Shown here in pieces: positions 1 through 13,409 of a DNA stretch of 64,000 bases. Made by a program: the position numbers and the translations under genes. Source of the DNA: Macrostomum lignano (Eukaryota); contig NIVC01000667.1 of assembly GCA_002269645.1 (NCBI GenBank), positions 248,001 through 312,000 of the forward strand, given 5' to 3'. The notes under the pieces were generated by a model. It made no database searches, was not told the DNA's origin, and worked only from the letters and a program-made list of their open reading frames with translations. The stretch's first letter is position 1. The number at the start of each line of letters is the position of its first letter.

Positions 1-37
1 TGTGTCAATTTTGCCAATCGACGTGTCGATCTTGTAG

Positions 38-250
38 GTGTCGCACAGGGCTGGCACCTTGGCTAGAAGAGTTTTCATGCCTGGAGCCAGCATGATGCAG
101 GACAGAATGGTGCTCAGCAGGAACAGCAGCGAGTACATCAGCCGAGTGGAGGTTGAGCTGCGGCATGAAGGACAAGCTGAGCAGCAGAGAGATGCGGCCG
201 AGCTGCAGAAGCAGCAAGCCACTGTGCTGATGCAGCAGCCCATTGCTTAA
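38..250 (+). CDS. Terminal exon of an unidentified gene that starts upstream of the window
   Basis: Acceptor-like cttgtAG at 36-37, then a GC-rich open frame (VSHRAGTL...QQPIA) to TAA at 248-250, followed by AT-rich UTR-like sequence. No recognisable domain. Confidence 0.5.
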   Translation: MSHRAGTLARRVFMPGASMMQDRMVLSRNSSEYISRVEVELRHEGQAEQQRDAAELQKQQATVLMQQPIA

Positions 251-2878
251 TGCTTTATATTGTATCAAAATTTTAACCAAAGAAGGAAGCAATGTCTGAT
301 GCTTAACTCTGTTGTGTATGCATGAAGTTAATTTAATTTAATTGTTTACAAATCACTTCAATGGTAAAATCAGTGCATTCAATCAGAGATATTTTTGTTT
401 TAATATTTTTAAATAACAGCTAGAGAATCCTGTTTTATAAAGTAAAGCTTAAAATATCATGAAAATTCACAATCCTTTTTAATTAAAAAAGTAAATTGTA
501 TATTTATTTGAACTACAAGTATAATGCAGTGATAATGCAATAATTTTGGAAACTTAATGGTTCAATTCAAAAGTTCAATATCTGAAAATGAATAACTAAT
601 TATTGCATTAAAAGAATAATTTTTTTCATGTACTATTGTAGATGTTATTATAGTAATATTCCTAAGATAGTAACCCTTTTAAATAATAAATAAGGCCTAT
701 CAAGGAACCCTTGCAATGAAGGCCCATTTCTAATACTTATTATTTCATTTATAATTTCTCAATAGTTGCTACAATCTATATTTGTATATTATAGATATCT
801 ATATCCACATGGATATCTTTATATCCATAAGAAAACTTGAGTTGAAACTTCTTAAAAGAATGATTTCTTTATAGAGATAGAAAAAATGAATACCTAATAA
901 ATGCTACTATCATTAGCAATGAGAATGTCTATGGCCATTTTTGCTAATATGTATGTTTATCAAGGAAACTGTCTCTTAGCATTAATAAAAAAATAAGATT
1001 CTTAATGAATTAATGGTTTTTAAAAGAATATTGGCCTAATATTAGCTTATTATAATAATATTATGGTAATAGCAATAGCAACAATAATAATAGTAATATA
1101 TTACCAATTATGACAAAAGCCATATAAAAAACATTAAATAGATATACTATATGGTTATTTATACTCATTGTAAATTATGTATTTAGGCCTATGTATTACA
1201 AGCTAAGACATATAAGCTCCAACAAAGACAGTGCCAAAATTATTATATATATGAAAAGATACAATGGCTGGTTATACATTTGCTTACATAGCTATATAAT
1301 TATGATTACCTAATTAAATAGGCCCATACATACCTTACATTCTAATAACCTATATGTTGTTGAATTACAATTTTTAATATGAAGTATATGGATAAATACT
1401 GTTTTATTTTTTTATGCTCTAATATATTCAATTGGTCTCCTCATCTGGCATGTATAACTTATTCTATATCTGTATATCTGTATTATCAAGGGTCCTATCC
1501 ATTGTTGATTGAAGAATTTCACACATGAAAATGATTACCACATGCGAATTAGAATTGGATACTATAGCCAAATTGAGTCTATGCAGTTGTTCACCTATCA
1601 TCAGAGACTTAACACCATTTGCTTACGTCAAAGTGTAAACAAAATCGTGGTAATTTAATAAAAAATACATAAATGCTTACATAAACAAACATGTTTATGA
1701 ATAGATTGAATAATAAATTAATGAATTAAGAAATAAGAAATGCCTACCGGTAAAAATAATTGATTAAGAGCAAGAAACAGTCCAGCTATTACCTAATAAA
1801 ATTTTTTTAAGCAACTGACTGACAAATTCACTTCTATTTATACTCCATGCTATAGTATATAAAAACAGACAGACCTTAGAGCTTTAGTATATTGTGATTG
1901 TGATGAAGGATCGTGTCACCTGATAATTCGAAGAAATACCGCGGATTTCAAAAAATTACGTTTACAAGATCGAAACTGCAATCAAACAAACGAGTTTAAA
2001 AAAGATTGTGTTGTAACAAAAACTATTACTTTTACAGTTTTAAAAGTTCAAAAGTTTAAAGTTTATTTTCTTTTGTATGTACCGATGCTTATTAGACAAA
2101 ATAGTTATAAAGTTTCTAACGAAGGACACATTACCGTAACATTGTACATTACCGTACATTACAGTGTACATTAATACTTTATAGTAATAAAGTAACAGCT
2201 TCTAAAGACCTCCTTGTTTTGTACTGCCACTGTCTACATTTATATACAATTTAAAATAGAATAACGCCATAGTACAGTGTGCACTTATTTTTTTTGGCAA
2301 AATTATAATTTTTCGAAGTTGTGATTTTTATTATCAGAATGTAAAACAACGATTGGCAAAGAAACGTGAAAAAATATTCAAAAATTTAGTAAGAAACAAA
2401 AACCAATTAATCGCGTATATGATGGCATGGGTATATTCGAATTCAATAGAAAATGCAATCGACAAATTAGTAAAAAGTGAAAAATACAGTATAAGATTTC
2501 AGCATCAAAGCGAATGAAGAACTGCAAAGAGATTCAGCCGTGATCAATACATTTATGGAGAAATATGTGTCGACGAAGTTATCCATATCAAGAACAATAA
2601 TCACTATTAGCGGAATCTTGGGAATTTAAAAATTCTATTATCTTATCTTATATAATTTCGTGTTTCGAAGTTTATGCCCGCGTAAAACATCTCGTTAAGT
2701 GTAATCGCGTTGAAAAACTACCATCACGAGAAGAACAGTTCGACCGGACTGGGCTTTCTCTGTATAATATAATTCAAATCCATGCAGCCGATCAGAGTCA
2801 AACATTTTTGAGTGAAACGCGTAGATTCTTTCAATTTTCAGACATCGATGTCGTAGAAACAGTTGCCTGAACCAACTT

Positions 2879-5800
2879 CTACTGACACGCTTTGTAGACG
2901 TACATATAGTTCCTTCCAGCATTATTGTCCCAGTGCACCTGCCCGTCAGCCGAGTAGCTCAACGCCAGTTCAAATGCGGCCGCGCCAGCTGGCACGTGGA
3001 GTCGAGCTCGGAATCTCTCTTGACCACCAGGATGGCAATCGGCCAGAGTCTGGCAGTAGCGCAGAGACCAGTCAGACTGGTGACGCCAATTGTCAAAGGT
3101 GACCCGGGCCATGACCCGCTTCTCCGGGGCGATGTTCAGCACGCGAGCGGTCAGCTCGAGAATCTGACTGGGCTCAGAGAAGAAGCGGACGGATTCCAAT
3201 GCAATGGGACGGCCGGGGCCTGCGGTCTGAGCGGGATCCCAAGGCGTTATCGACGTCCAGTTGGGATCTTCAGATTGGTGCAGCAGAGACTGTTGGGCAA
3301 CAGTTGACGGCGACATTGGAGAGCAAGACTGCAGCAGAGATTCGGTCTCCGTTGCAAATATTCTTCCTCTGTTCAGCTCGCTGTTCTCTGCCGCGGTGTC
3401 GCCGGACTGACCGAAGCCGCTGAACATTCCCTGAACATCCGCTGCAGCTGCGGACGCTTGGAACTAGAATAAAAATTGACAATTAGTAAGGTCTATAGCT
3501 TCACTGAGAGTAAATGCACTTGTTCCAGTTTAAAAATCTGGATACACACGCGTCACACAAGGTGTACAGCGGCCCTTTGACTTTCTAATTCGCCAGACAT
3601 GTACATTCTCTGTGCCTTGGGGGTTGGCCCTGATCATGGCTGTGAATCTCACGAACAATTTTTCTGCACAAGCCCCAAGTTATTGTGGCTGCACACGATG
3701 GACAACTTTCCAGGAAAAATTCACTGTGCAGACAGAAGTTTTATTCGCGTCGAGGCATCAAAAAACATTGAGTTTCGATGATGTTCTTGTGTAAGTTGAT
3801 TCACTGATCTACCTATGACTACTCATCTACCATCATCTACTATGACTACTCATCTACTAATCTACTATGGCTACTCATTTACTATGACTACTCATCTGCT
3901 ATGGCTACTCATTTGCTATGACTATACTCATCTGCTATGACTACTCATCTACCATCGTCTACTAAGACTATTTATCTACTATGACTACTCATCTACCGTC
4001 ATCTACTATGACTACTTATCTACTATGACTACTCATCTACTTATCTACTATGACTACTCATCTACCGTCATCTACTATGACTACTTATCTACTATGACTA
4101 CTCATCTACTTATCTACTATGACTACTCATCTACCGTCATCTACTATGACTACTTATCTACTATGACTACTCATCTACTTATCTACTATGACTACTCATC
4201 TACCGTCATCTACTATGACTACTTATCTACTATGACTAGTCATCTACTCATCTGCTATGACTGCTCATCTACCATGACTACTCATCTGCCATGGCTACTC
4301 ATCTACTATGACTACTCATCTATTATGACTACTCATCTACTATGCCTACTCATCTATTATGACTACTCATCTATTATGACTACTCATCTATTATGACTAC
4401 TCATCTACTATGCCTACTCAACAGATATGATGAGAATATTAACTTACATCAAGCAGCAGATCCTCATCGCTGAGAAATTGAGCTCCGAATTCGAAGTTGC
4501 TGCGAGCAGCAGCGGCTCCAGCAATGAGCACAACGGACGCCAGGTCGAAGCCCAGCGCGTCGGCAAAGCGAACTCGCTTCCGCAGTCGGGCTGGAAAATC
4601 CAACGAATCTCTGGCGGCATCTGACGGCCGCGTTTTCAACTTCTGCGCTGTTGGTGGAGGCGGCGCCGGCTGCGGCATGGGGCGCTGTGGGTCTCCATTG
4701 CTTCCACCGTTGTCGTCAGCGTCATCTCGGTCGCGATATCGGTGACTCGATAGCCAGAGCAGCTCCTGAGCTGAACCGAACTTCTGCCGCAGTGTCGTCG
4801 GTCCTGAACGAGTCCTTCGAGCTTGCGGACGATGAGCAGTTAAATCGTTGTCAAGGTAGCAGTAGTGCAGGTTTCTGGCGCCAGCTGGAGTTGCTACATC
4901 CAGGTGAGAATCTGTGTCGGCAAGCTGAGGCAGGAAGCCTGCGGCAATGGCCGTGTTGTCAGCGTCGCCGCAAACGGCCGTCTCGTTTGTTGCTGCTTGC
5001 GTGCGCTGTGTTGGCAAAATTTGGGTGCGGTTTTCACCAATGATCCGATTGTAGTTTAGTATAGGGTGCGGTGCTGTGTATCCCCGATACTCCCGTAGAT
5101 TTTCCGCATCCAATTGCTTTAATAGACTATACTCGCTGGTAATTGAGCAGGTTTTTCTGCTAGTCCTGATGACACATTAAAACTTTTTGCATGCAAACCT
5201 CTGATATTCACTCGATACTTTCCAGGTAGACTTGTACCTACATGTATCTAGCAAATTGAAATGCATGTATAGCAAAAAACCCACACCTTTGCAGCGGCAA
5301 TCAAATCCTGCGGACGAGATAGCGTCATCGTAGGAGCACCTGGCATCTGTTGCTGGTGCAGTTTGCTCAATCCGGCCAGGGAAGCGCTGGATGACGAAGC
5401 TAGAGGCGGTGGGAACTCGTCCGCGTCGTCGGGATTGCAGTCCTCAGCAGTGTTGATGCCGCTGTAATCCAACGGTCGCGTTGACCGGGCCGCTCCGGCC
5501 GTGACTGTTGACGAAGCAACAACAATTCGACCATCGTCGGCGGTCTCGCTGCCGCCAATCATTGGCGAAGACGGCGACTGCGACTGGCAGCTCTCGCCGC
5601 CCAGTGTTCGCTCCAGATCGCCGGCCAGGCAGGCGACGAAGTCGGCGGCGTCGGCCTGATGCTGAGCTCCGCCGGCGCCGCCGGGGCCATAGCAGCCGGC
5701 GGCTGAAGAGTAAGATGCTTCCAGCGACAGCGGACTGTTGCTAGCGGTTAGAAACTGGGCCTCATCGTCGGTGTCCGAGGAGTAGCAGCAGCAGGCGTTG

Positions 5801-5901
5801 TCGACACCGTGACGATGATGATGATGATGCGGCTGGCGCTGCTGGCCGTTTGTTGGACGCAAATCTTCGCAACAGCTGTGAAACGATGCGTCATCTGTCA
5901 T
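2879..5901 (-). CDS. PPP1R3: Protein phosphatase 1 glycogen-targeting regulatory subunit (PPP1R3 family, RVxF + CBM21), 3 exons, ~622 aa
   Basis: Exons 5901-5287, 5116-4448 and 3463-2879 are all phase 0 with GT/AG ends (AAG|gtgtgg, taaag|CAA, GAT|gtaagt, ttctag|TTC). PP1-docking motif KRVRFADALGFDLASV in exon 2; CBM21 (RVLNIAPEKRVMARVTFDNW...HWDNNAGRNY) in exon 3. The exon 2 acceptor is the least certain junction. Confidence 0.88.
3808..4420. repeat. Composite minisatellite (ctactatgactactcat-type monomers, 69-bp higher-order unit) in PPP1R3 intron 2
   Basis: Direct tandem repeats; the 23-codon periodicity of the spurious ORF 4025-4396 gives the 69-bp unit. Confidence 0.9.
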
Positions 5902-6927
5902 TGTTAGCTAGCTTTTTCAGTTGTCGCAGCTGGCATGCAGTTTGTGAGAGAATTGTGTGAATAAAGGTAGCTAGCTAAAGTTGCTGCTCTGGTTATAAAG
6001 GTTTGCTAGTTTGCACTCAGTTTAATCAATTCTCTGAAGCTAGGAAGATGGCTGGAATGCAAGGATCGATGAATACGCAATGTACATCAGATGTACAGTC
6101 GATTTTTCATCATTTCGTCTGTCCCTCCCCCCTCACGGCGACTGCGCCAAGCCCTCTTTCTACGATAACTCAAACAGCCACCTCAGCATGACAGTGTAAG
6201 AGTGAACTCTATGATGGTAAAATCAGTAAAGTCAAACTTAGCACAAAATACGAGTATTTGAGTTCTATTCAATGTCAATTCTATTGATTCATAACTGCAT
6301 CGACCACCAGTACTCGCAAACTTGCGTGCAAATTTGTAAAGGAAATGAATAACAAATAAATTATTAATCACACCCATGGCCTCATTCAATATGCAGTCAC
6401 GGTTGTCAGGCCCCGCGGCCACGAGTGTAAAAGAAACTACGAGTACTCGAAATGGCACCATTTTTTCGAGTGCGTATTCGGGACTTCGAGAGCTGCAATG
6501 GCGCAAGGCTGGTGTGATTCACCACACCCCCGGCTAAAGTTCACGAACTCAATTATAGGCGACTGCTGTTGCAGTTTCCAAGAATAAATTACGATAATCC
6601 TCTGCAGGCAATATAGGCAAAAATGGGTCACCAGAAATGACTCAGAGATATGGCAACACTAGTGGGAGAATCTGTTTGTTCACTACTCTATTGTCAGTTT
6701 TATTAGCTTTGATAAACCGGCAAAAAAAGCTAAATGAGGACCTTAATGCAGAGCCGCGGGATCGGGCCATATGGCGCAGTTAAAATAGCAATTTTGGAGG
6801 TACATTCCCATTAGATTAGCAACAAGTCTCAAATTCATAAATAGGGCGCCTCCACTGCGCCATCAAACTGCTCACTTACTAAGACAATTAACACGTCTGA
6901 AACACGTCCTCCGAAAAAATTGACGCA

Positions 6928-9900
6928 ATGAAACTACTCCTGATTGCTCTGGTGGCCTGCTTCGTCGGCGCTTCGGTCGCTGGTAAGTCCGTGGACAGAA
7001 TTTGGCTAATAGGTCAAACAATTTTCGTAGGAAGGACCTTAGAGCTTCTGTAGCAGTGTCCAAAAGTTACTTGAAGCAGATTTGAAATTGGCGGTCTTCA
7101 TCACTGGGAACCTGATGCCTACCTGACTCATCAAGCTGATCCCTACCCGACTCATCAACCTGATCCCTACCCGACTCATCAACCTGATCCCTACCTGACT
7201 CATCAACCTGATCCCTACCTGACTCATCAACCTTATTCCTACCTGACTCATCAACCTGATTTCTACCTGACTCATCAACCTGATCCCTACCTGACTCATC
7301 AACCTGATCCCTACCTGACTCATCAACCTGATCCCTACCTGACTCATCAATCTGATCCCTACCTGACTCATCAACCTGATCCCTACCTGACTCATCAACC
7401 TGATCCCTACCTGACTCATCAACCTGATCCCTACCTGACTCATCAACCTGATCCCTACCTGACTCATCAACCTGATCCCTACCTGACTCATCAACCTGAT
7501 CCCTACCTGACTCATCAACCTGATCCCTACCTGACTCATCAACCTGATCCCTACCTGACTCATCAACCTGATCCCTACCTGACTCATCAACCTGATCCCT
7601 ACCTGACTCATCAACCTGATCCCTACCTGACTCATCAACCTGATGCCTACCTGACTCATCAACCTGATCCCTACCTGACTCATCAACCTGATCCCTACCT
7701 GACTCATCAACCTGATCCCTACCTAAGATTTCCTCACCTTAAAGCGCATAGCACGAGCTACGAGCGAATTTCTCATCACCTGACAGACCACCAGCACGAG
7801 CGCGACGCCATCAATTACCTGACCGGCCGTATCCCGGAGCTCCGCTCAAAGCACTCGCCCAGCGGCTCCGCCTGGACTAGCGCCATGTACAAGATCGTCA
7901 GGGAGCTGGACGAGAGCGCCGAGTTCCGCGACATCCTGGCCGCCAAGCCCGAGAAGCTGGAGGCTGAGCCGCTTGCCGACAGCGCGCCGTTCAGTTGCCA
8001 GCTGGACCGGTCGCCGAGCCGGCCGACCTCCGTGCACCGACTGCGACCTGGCGACATCGACGTCATCGGCGCCATGGGAGACTCGCTGACCGCCGCCAAC
8101 GGCGCCCTGGCCACCAGCATCCTGGGACTGCTGACCGAGTACCGCGGCTACGCCTGGAGGTTCGTTGATTATCCGACTACCTACCTACCTACCTACCTAC
8201 CTACCTACCTACCTACCTACCTACCTACCTACCTACCTACCTACCTACCTACCTACCTACCTACCTACCTACCTACCTACCTACCTACCTACCTACCTAC
8301 CTACCTACCTACCTATCTACCTACCTACCTACCTACCTACCTACCTACCTACCTACCTACCTACCTACCTACCTACCTACATATCTACCTACCTACCTAC
8401 CTACCTACCTACCTACCTACCTACCTACCTACCTACCTACCTACCTACCTACCTACCTACCTACCTACCTACCTACCTACCTACCTATCTTTCTACCTAC
8501 CTATCTTTATCACCTACCTAACTGCCATTTGACCTACTTAGCCGCCTCTCTCGGACCCATGGAGTTACACATGACGTGATAATCGATAAAAAGTTTTTTT
8601 TCGATAGTAAACTGTAAAAACGCACCCTAAAAAATTTTCAGCATTGGCGGTCAGGTCTCACTGAGCAAGCACACCACTATAGCTAGTACGTTAGCAAACC
8701 GTTTGACCTGATGTTTAAATAAATTTGAATAGCTATGGAAAATAAGAGAAAAAAATCTATTTCACTTCCAGACGTGCTGAGGCACCAGAACTCCAATTTG
8801 TACGGCCACTCCACCGGCTCTGGCAAGGTGAGCAGCAGCAACTCCGTGCTGAACGTTGCCGAGCCCGGCAAGGTCGCTTCGTAAGTTCTTAAATTAATTA
8901 ACAAGCTACCGTAAGACTATAATTAATTAACATTATAAACTTGAGCTGATACTGACTAACTAACGAAATGACTTCAGTGGTCCTTGATAAATAAACATAG
9001 CTACACTTAACAACATAAAAAATTCACCAAATTTTTTTAGCGACATGCCCGGACAAGCTAAGGAGCTGGTCAGAAGGCTGCAGTCTGACTCTAATGTGAA
9101 CTTCAACAAGGATTGGAAGCTCATCACCCTGTTCATTGGTGGCAACGATGTTTGCGACTACTGCAAGGACAAGGTGAGTGCCAGGTTCGTTAGCGTACGC
9201 AGATGGGGGACTAGGACTGCAGCCCCCCTCCCAATCGTCCCTATATTATTTCACTCCTCCAAGAACAAAATTAAAGATCGTTTAGGCCTACCAAGCTCGA
9301 TGAATGACACCAGTTCGACTTTTGTCACCTCTTGAATCCGTGGCATCCACGGGCCTAAGAATCAGGAGTAGAGGCGCCCACCAAGACGCCAAGTATTGGC
9401 ATCCCTTAGCGCTGCGGCATCCTGTAATTGAAATGCCTGCGTAGTGCGAACGCCACCGTACTATAGGTTGTCGAATTGTCGGCGAACAGTAATATTATTT
9501 AAAGTGCATGATGAGAACTCGTACTTTGAAGTTGAGAACAATTTGTCACTTTCAACTAACCAGAACGAGTTCAGCGCAGACAACTACATCAGGTACATTC
9601 GCGAGGCACTCGACTATCTGCACGCCAACGTGCCCAGGGCTTTTGTCAATGTTGCCGAAGTTCTGGATGTCTCCCTGGTCAAGGATCTGAAGGACGGCAG
9701 CTCGATCTGCCGGGTTCTGCAGGGCTCTTTTCTGTGCAAATGCGGCGCCATGCCGGAGAACGAGGCCGAAGAGCGCGAGATCCAGGCCATCATCGGCGAG
9801 TACCAGGCCCGACTCCGTCAGCTGGTCGACTCTGGCCGATACGACACTCGCGAGGACTTCACCGTGGTGACCCAGCCGTTCTTCAGGAACAGCAAGCCGC

Positions 9901-10877
9901 CAAAGATCAACGTGAGTACCTGTTGTTTTATTGGAAGCGAATGATAAACTACGCTCAGGATGTGCTGAGGAGTCAGCGGTATGCGGAATCGACAGAGTTG
10001 CCTCACCGCTGCTTGTCTTAGGATGATGTAGCCGAAGGCGTACCGCCGGGTGCTCACAACTCTGGTGCGAATATTTATATAATATTTTTTCCTCCAACAA
10101 CTACTACTCAACTACATATTTTTATAAAATTATGCACTCATTGACCTTAATGTCAGGAGCCAGACGAAAAAAACCACAAAAAATGTCTGCTTGAAAGTCT
10201 GGCGAAACCATAGTAAACTGACTTATGACAACGTTCGCAAACAGTAAAAAAACCTGTTTTCTACGCAGCTCAAAATTTAAATTACTTGAAACCAAATTTC
10301 CCCAATGCAGGGCAAGTACGACCAGTCCTACTTCGCTCCCGACTGCTTCCACTTCAGCCGGAAGGGTCACGATGAGAGCGCCAAGGCTCTGTGGAACAAC
10401 ATGGTGAGTTATTTGTGCTCCTTAGGAAAGCACATGCAGTCACACACAGAAAATCAAACTATAGCTACCCTTGATACTAAATACCGCGCCAAATTTTCAG
10501 ATCGAGCCGGTTGGACAGAAGTCGACCTCCTGGACTCCGAATGGCCCGTTCAAGTGCCCGACAAGTGTAAGTGTAGAAAAATTATGTTTAGGGTGCACCT
10601 GCAAACGAATTTGTGAGCACGTGCAGGTTTCAGGTGTCAGACTGCTTGCCCCTCACTGCTGGCTAAGGGTATCGTGAAAAGTTCCGGCAAACATTCATGC
10701 ATGCGACATAAACATCGGTTTTTAATGTAAAAGTACCCCTTGTTCTGCGACGTCTAACTGACCAAAAAAACTGTTTCAAAGTCGTCAGTTCGATTCACAG
10801 TTAATGCAAGTTTATATAAATTTTTGACGCAAATGTTTTTTCAGGCCCGGCCCTACCTGTCGACCAGAAAGAACTAA
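6928..10877 (+). CDS. PLB1: Secreted single-domain phospholipase B1-like GDSL/SGNH lipase, copy 1 (9 exons, 417 aa)
   Basis: Exons 6928-6982, 7787-8159, 8642-8685, 8772-8880, 9041-9173, 9564-9911, 10311-10403, 10501-10566, 10845-10877 sum to 1254 nt, all GT-AG. Signal peptide [18 protein letters not shown]; catalytic blocks [13 protein letters not shown] and APDCFHFS. Confidence 0.93.
7109..7724. repeat. 24-bp minisatellite (acctgactcatcaacctgatccct) in PLB copy 1 intron 1
   Basis: About 25 near-perfect tandem copies seen directly. Confidence 0.95.
8176..8520. repeat. (CTAC)n microsatellite in PLB copy 1 intron 2
   Basis: Tetranucleotide run beginning 16 nt after the donor site. Confidence 0.97.
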
Positions 10878-11573
10878 ACCTGTCGATTTCAATGGCGTCG
10901 AAATATTGATTGATTTTTTGCGCGGAAAACAACTGACTTAATCTAGATGCGCCAACCGGCATCTTATCGGGAGTATTTTCACTGATTTTGGTCAGCGCAA
11001 TGTCAAGATATTAAATTAAATATAGAGAGATACTAAATGTGTTTTTCAAACTAAAACATTCCGCTTTTGTTTTAAACGTTTTTTTATTTTAAAAAGCAAA
11101 ACCGTTTGTATGTTTGTGCGTATTCACAAGTGCGATTTGCAGCCTGTGACCCAAATTAATTTCCACAATACTAACTGTGAACTTACTTCTTCATTCAAGA
11201 CTTGCATTCAGAGCGATAAAGACGCTGTCTGTATATCAGTTGCCAAGCAACCAACAGAAGATCATTCAAAAAGCAGAATCACTGGATGGCAACAATCGAT
11301 TAAAAAGATGGAACTGTCATGTGAAACTTGCAACCCTACATCCTGAACGCAGGAATTGCGACTTAAACGTATAAAGGTCTTATAAATAGAATCTTTCAAA
11401 TGCCTGCTATTAAAGTAGACTTGAAGAGATTACATAATCCATGGCCATGACAACAATTTCTCGGTTCAAGACTGTACTATTCTGTACTTTGTGCGTCAGC
11501 CCGTAGTTCTCTCGGTAGGCTGTCGAGTTTTCGCAACTAGAATCCAGAGTCCTTCTCGCTCTTCAGCCGGGAC

Positions 11574-13409
11574 GGGAGGGCTGATTAAGCGCGCAGGGAA
11601 CAAGCGCGCACGGAAAAATGTTGGAATAAGCGCGCTGCGATATATCAAAATACTGTAATAAGCGCGCATCCATATTCCTAGGTACTGGAAAGAGTCCAGA
11701 GCCGGCTGGAGCTGCTGATACGAGACAGGCTGAGAGTCCAGAGCCGGCTGGTCGGCTTGCCGTTTTGTTGCCATCATTTGGTCAGCCATTTTCTCAGACG
11801 CGTGAGACACCAGCGTCAGAAACTCAGTTTTCCCGTGCACTGAGAGGCGCTGAACTCCAACGCGGAAAATCCAGAAGCTGTCTAAATACATGTAAATTCG
11901 GTCAGCAGCAGGGCGATTCTCTTCTGGTATCATGCTCGGCGTCGGACGCAACAGACGTAAAGCGGGAGCAATTTCGTCTGCGGGCAGCAGAGGCAGACCC
12001 AGTAGGCTCAGCATCCACCTCCTGACTGCGGAGTCGCAACCTCGCCCGATCTGCGATTGGAATCCGCTGAACTTGAATTTCCCGACCACAGCTTGACAGA
12101 AGTGGAACCAGCAACCAGATACTTCTGCTGGAGCGAATGCATTTTCGGCGGAACTCATCAATGCAAGTTCAAAATCAGTCACAATTGTCTTTACCGCCGG
12201 AGAGGGACAAAGCACTGTAGAAACGTGTTTCAGCGCGCAGTCGTAGAGCATCTTCGTCTTCCTATTCAGCAAAACATACAGCGTCGGCCAAAAGCTGTCG
12301 TTTTTTATAAACCAATTGTGACAAGCTGATAAAAAATTCTCGGCACGGTTTTAAAAGTGCCATCAATGCCCCACGTGTCTGCTTGCTTGAGGCGTGGCAG
12401 TAGGTCAGGATGTCCAAAAAAATTGCAACTCCGACATCTGCAGACGTAACAGAACCCTGCAAAACACACACGTCGCCGCAGTGCCGGAATCTCTCTGGTG
12501 CATCCATAATGGCGTGACAGGCAGCACCGGCGTCAGCCGGCAGAGGAGGCAGAATTCGGTGGCGCTGTTTGTACAGGGTCGACTCTATCTCTGCAAAGCC
12601 GATGGATGCTGCACCTGACGATCTAGCAGTCTCGACATCAAAAATGTCTCGAAGAGTGGCACTCGAATCTTCAGCTCTTCTTTTAAGTCTACTCTTTAAG
12701 TACAGAAGCTCCAGACGCTGTCCCTCTGCTTCGTGATTGTGGACTGATGTCACACTCAGGCTACCGTCTTGATGCTGCAGTAGGCGACCAGGACAGTGTT
12801 TGTCGCAGCAGCGGAAACCGACTTTGCTTCTATCTCTGCCACTGTCTTTTCGATAGACGAATTCGTCCTTTACAAAAATTTTTGAACCGCAACGGTTTCC
12901 TTCTATGCACTCCATAGCTAGAAGTAACAGTGAATAATTTGATCGCAGTGTAATCGGCTTTTAAACGCCGCAATTGAAAGTGTAAGTCATATCAGGCCCA
13001 CAACCTGATTTGCACGCTCCATGCGCTGGGCACTGTACATTGCACCCCTGCAGCCAATCAGAAGCCGAGAGAGCCAACTGTGGCCAGTCAGTCAAATATT
13101 GAGCCTAAAGGCCCATGCCCATGCCCTTTGAAAATTTCAGGCCCCTGCAGTCAGTCAGTTAAAATAATCATTTGCGCGCTTAATCCCGTCAGTACAAAAG
13201 CAGCTGCGCGCTCATTCCGAAAGCGGGTAAACTTTTGGCACGCTTGTTCCAAGTCATGGGAAAACTCGTGCGCGATTTTTCCTGTATCGATCAAAAATAC
13301 TGCGCGCTTATTCCCGGTCTGTGGAAAGTTAACTGCGCGCTTATTCCGAACCATGTAAAATATGTGCGAAAATGCGCGCTTGTTCCTGGCGCGCTTAATC
13401 TAGCTACCC
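11574..13409 (-). mobile_element. Defective Mutator-like (MULE) DNA transposon, 1836 bp
   Basis: Imperfect TIRs (GGGAGGGCTGATTAAGCGCGC... / ...GCGCGCTTAATCTAGCTACCC); 8-bp direct repeat GCCGGGAC at 11566-11573 and 13410-13417; repeated subterminal AATAAGCGCGC-like motifs at both ends. Confidence 0.88.
11835..12915 (-). pseudogene. MULE transposase with two frameshifts and loss of the C-terminus
   Basis: N-terminal FLYWCH-like finger (FRC..KHCPGR...HNH), DGTFK motif in a second frame, and TDFE...GCWFHFCQA in a third frame. Frame breaks near 12416-12422 and 12307-12311. Similarity to MULE transposases stops after RLSVHG. Confidence 0.82.
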
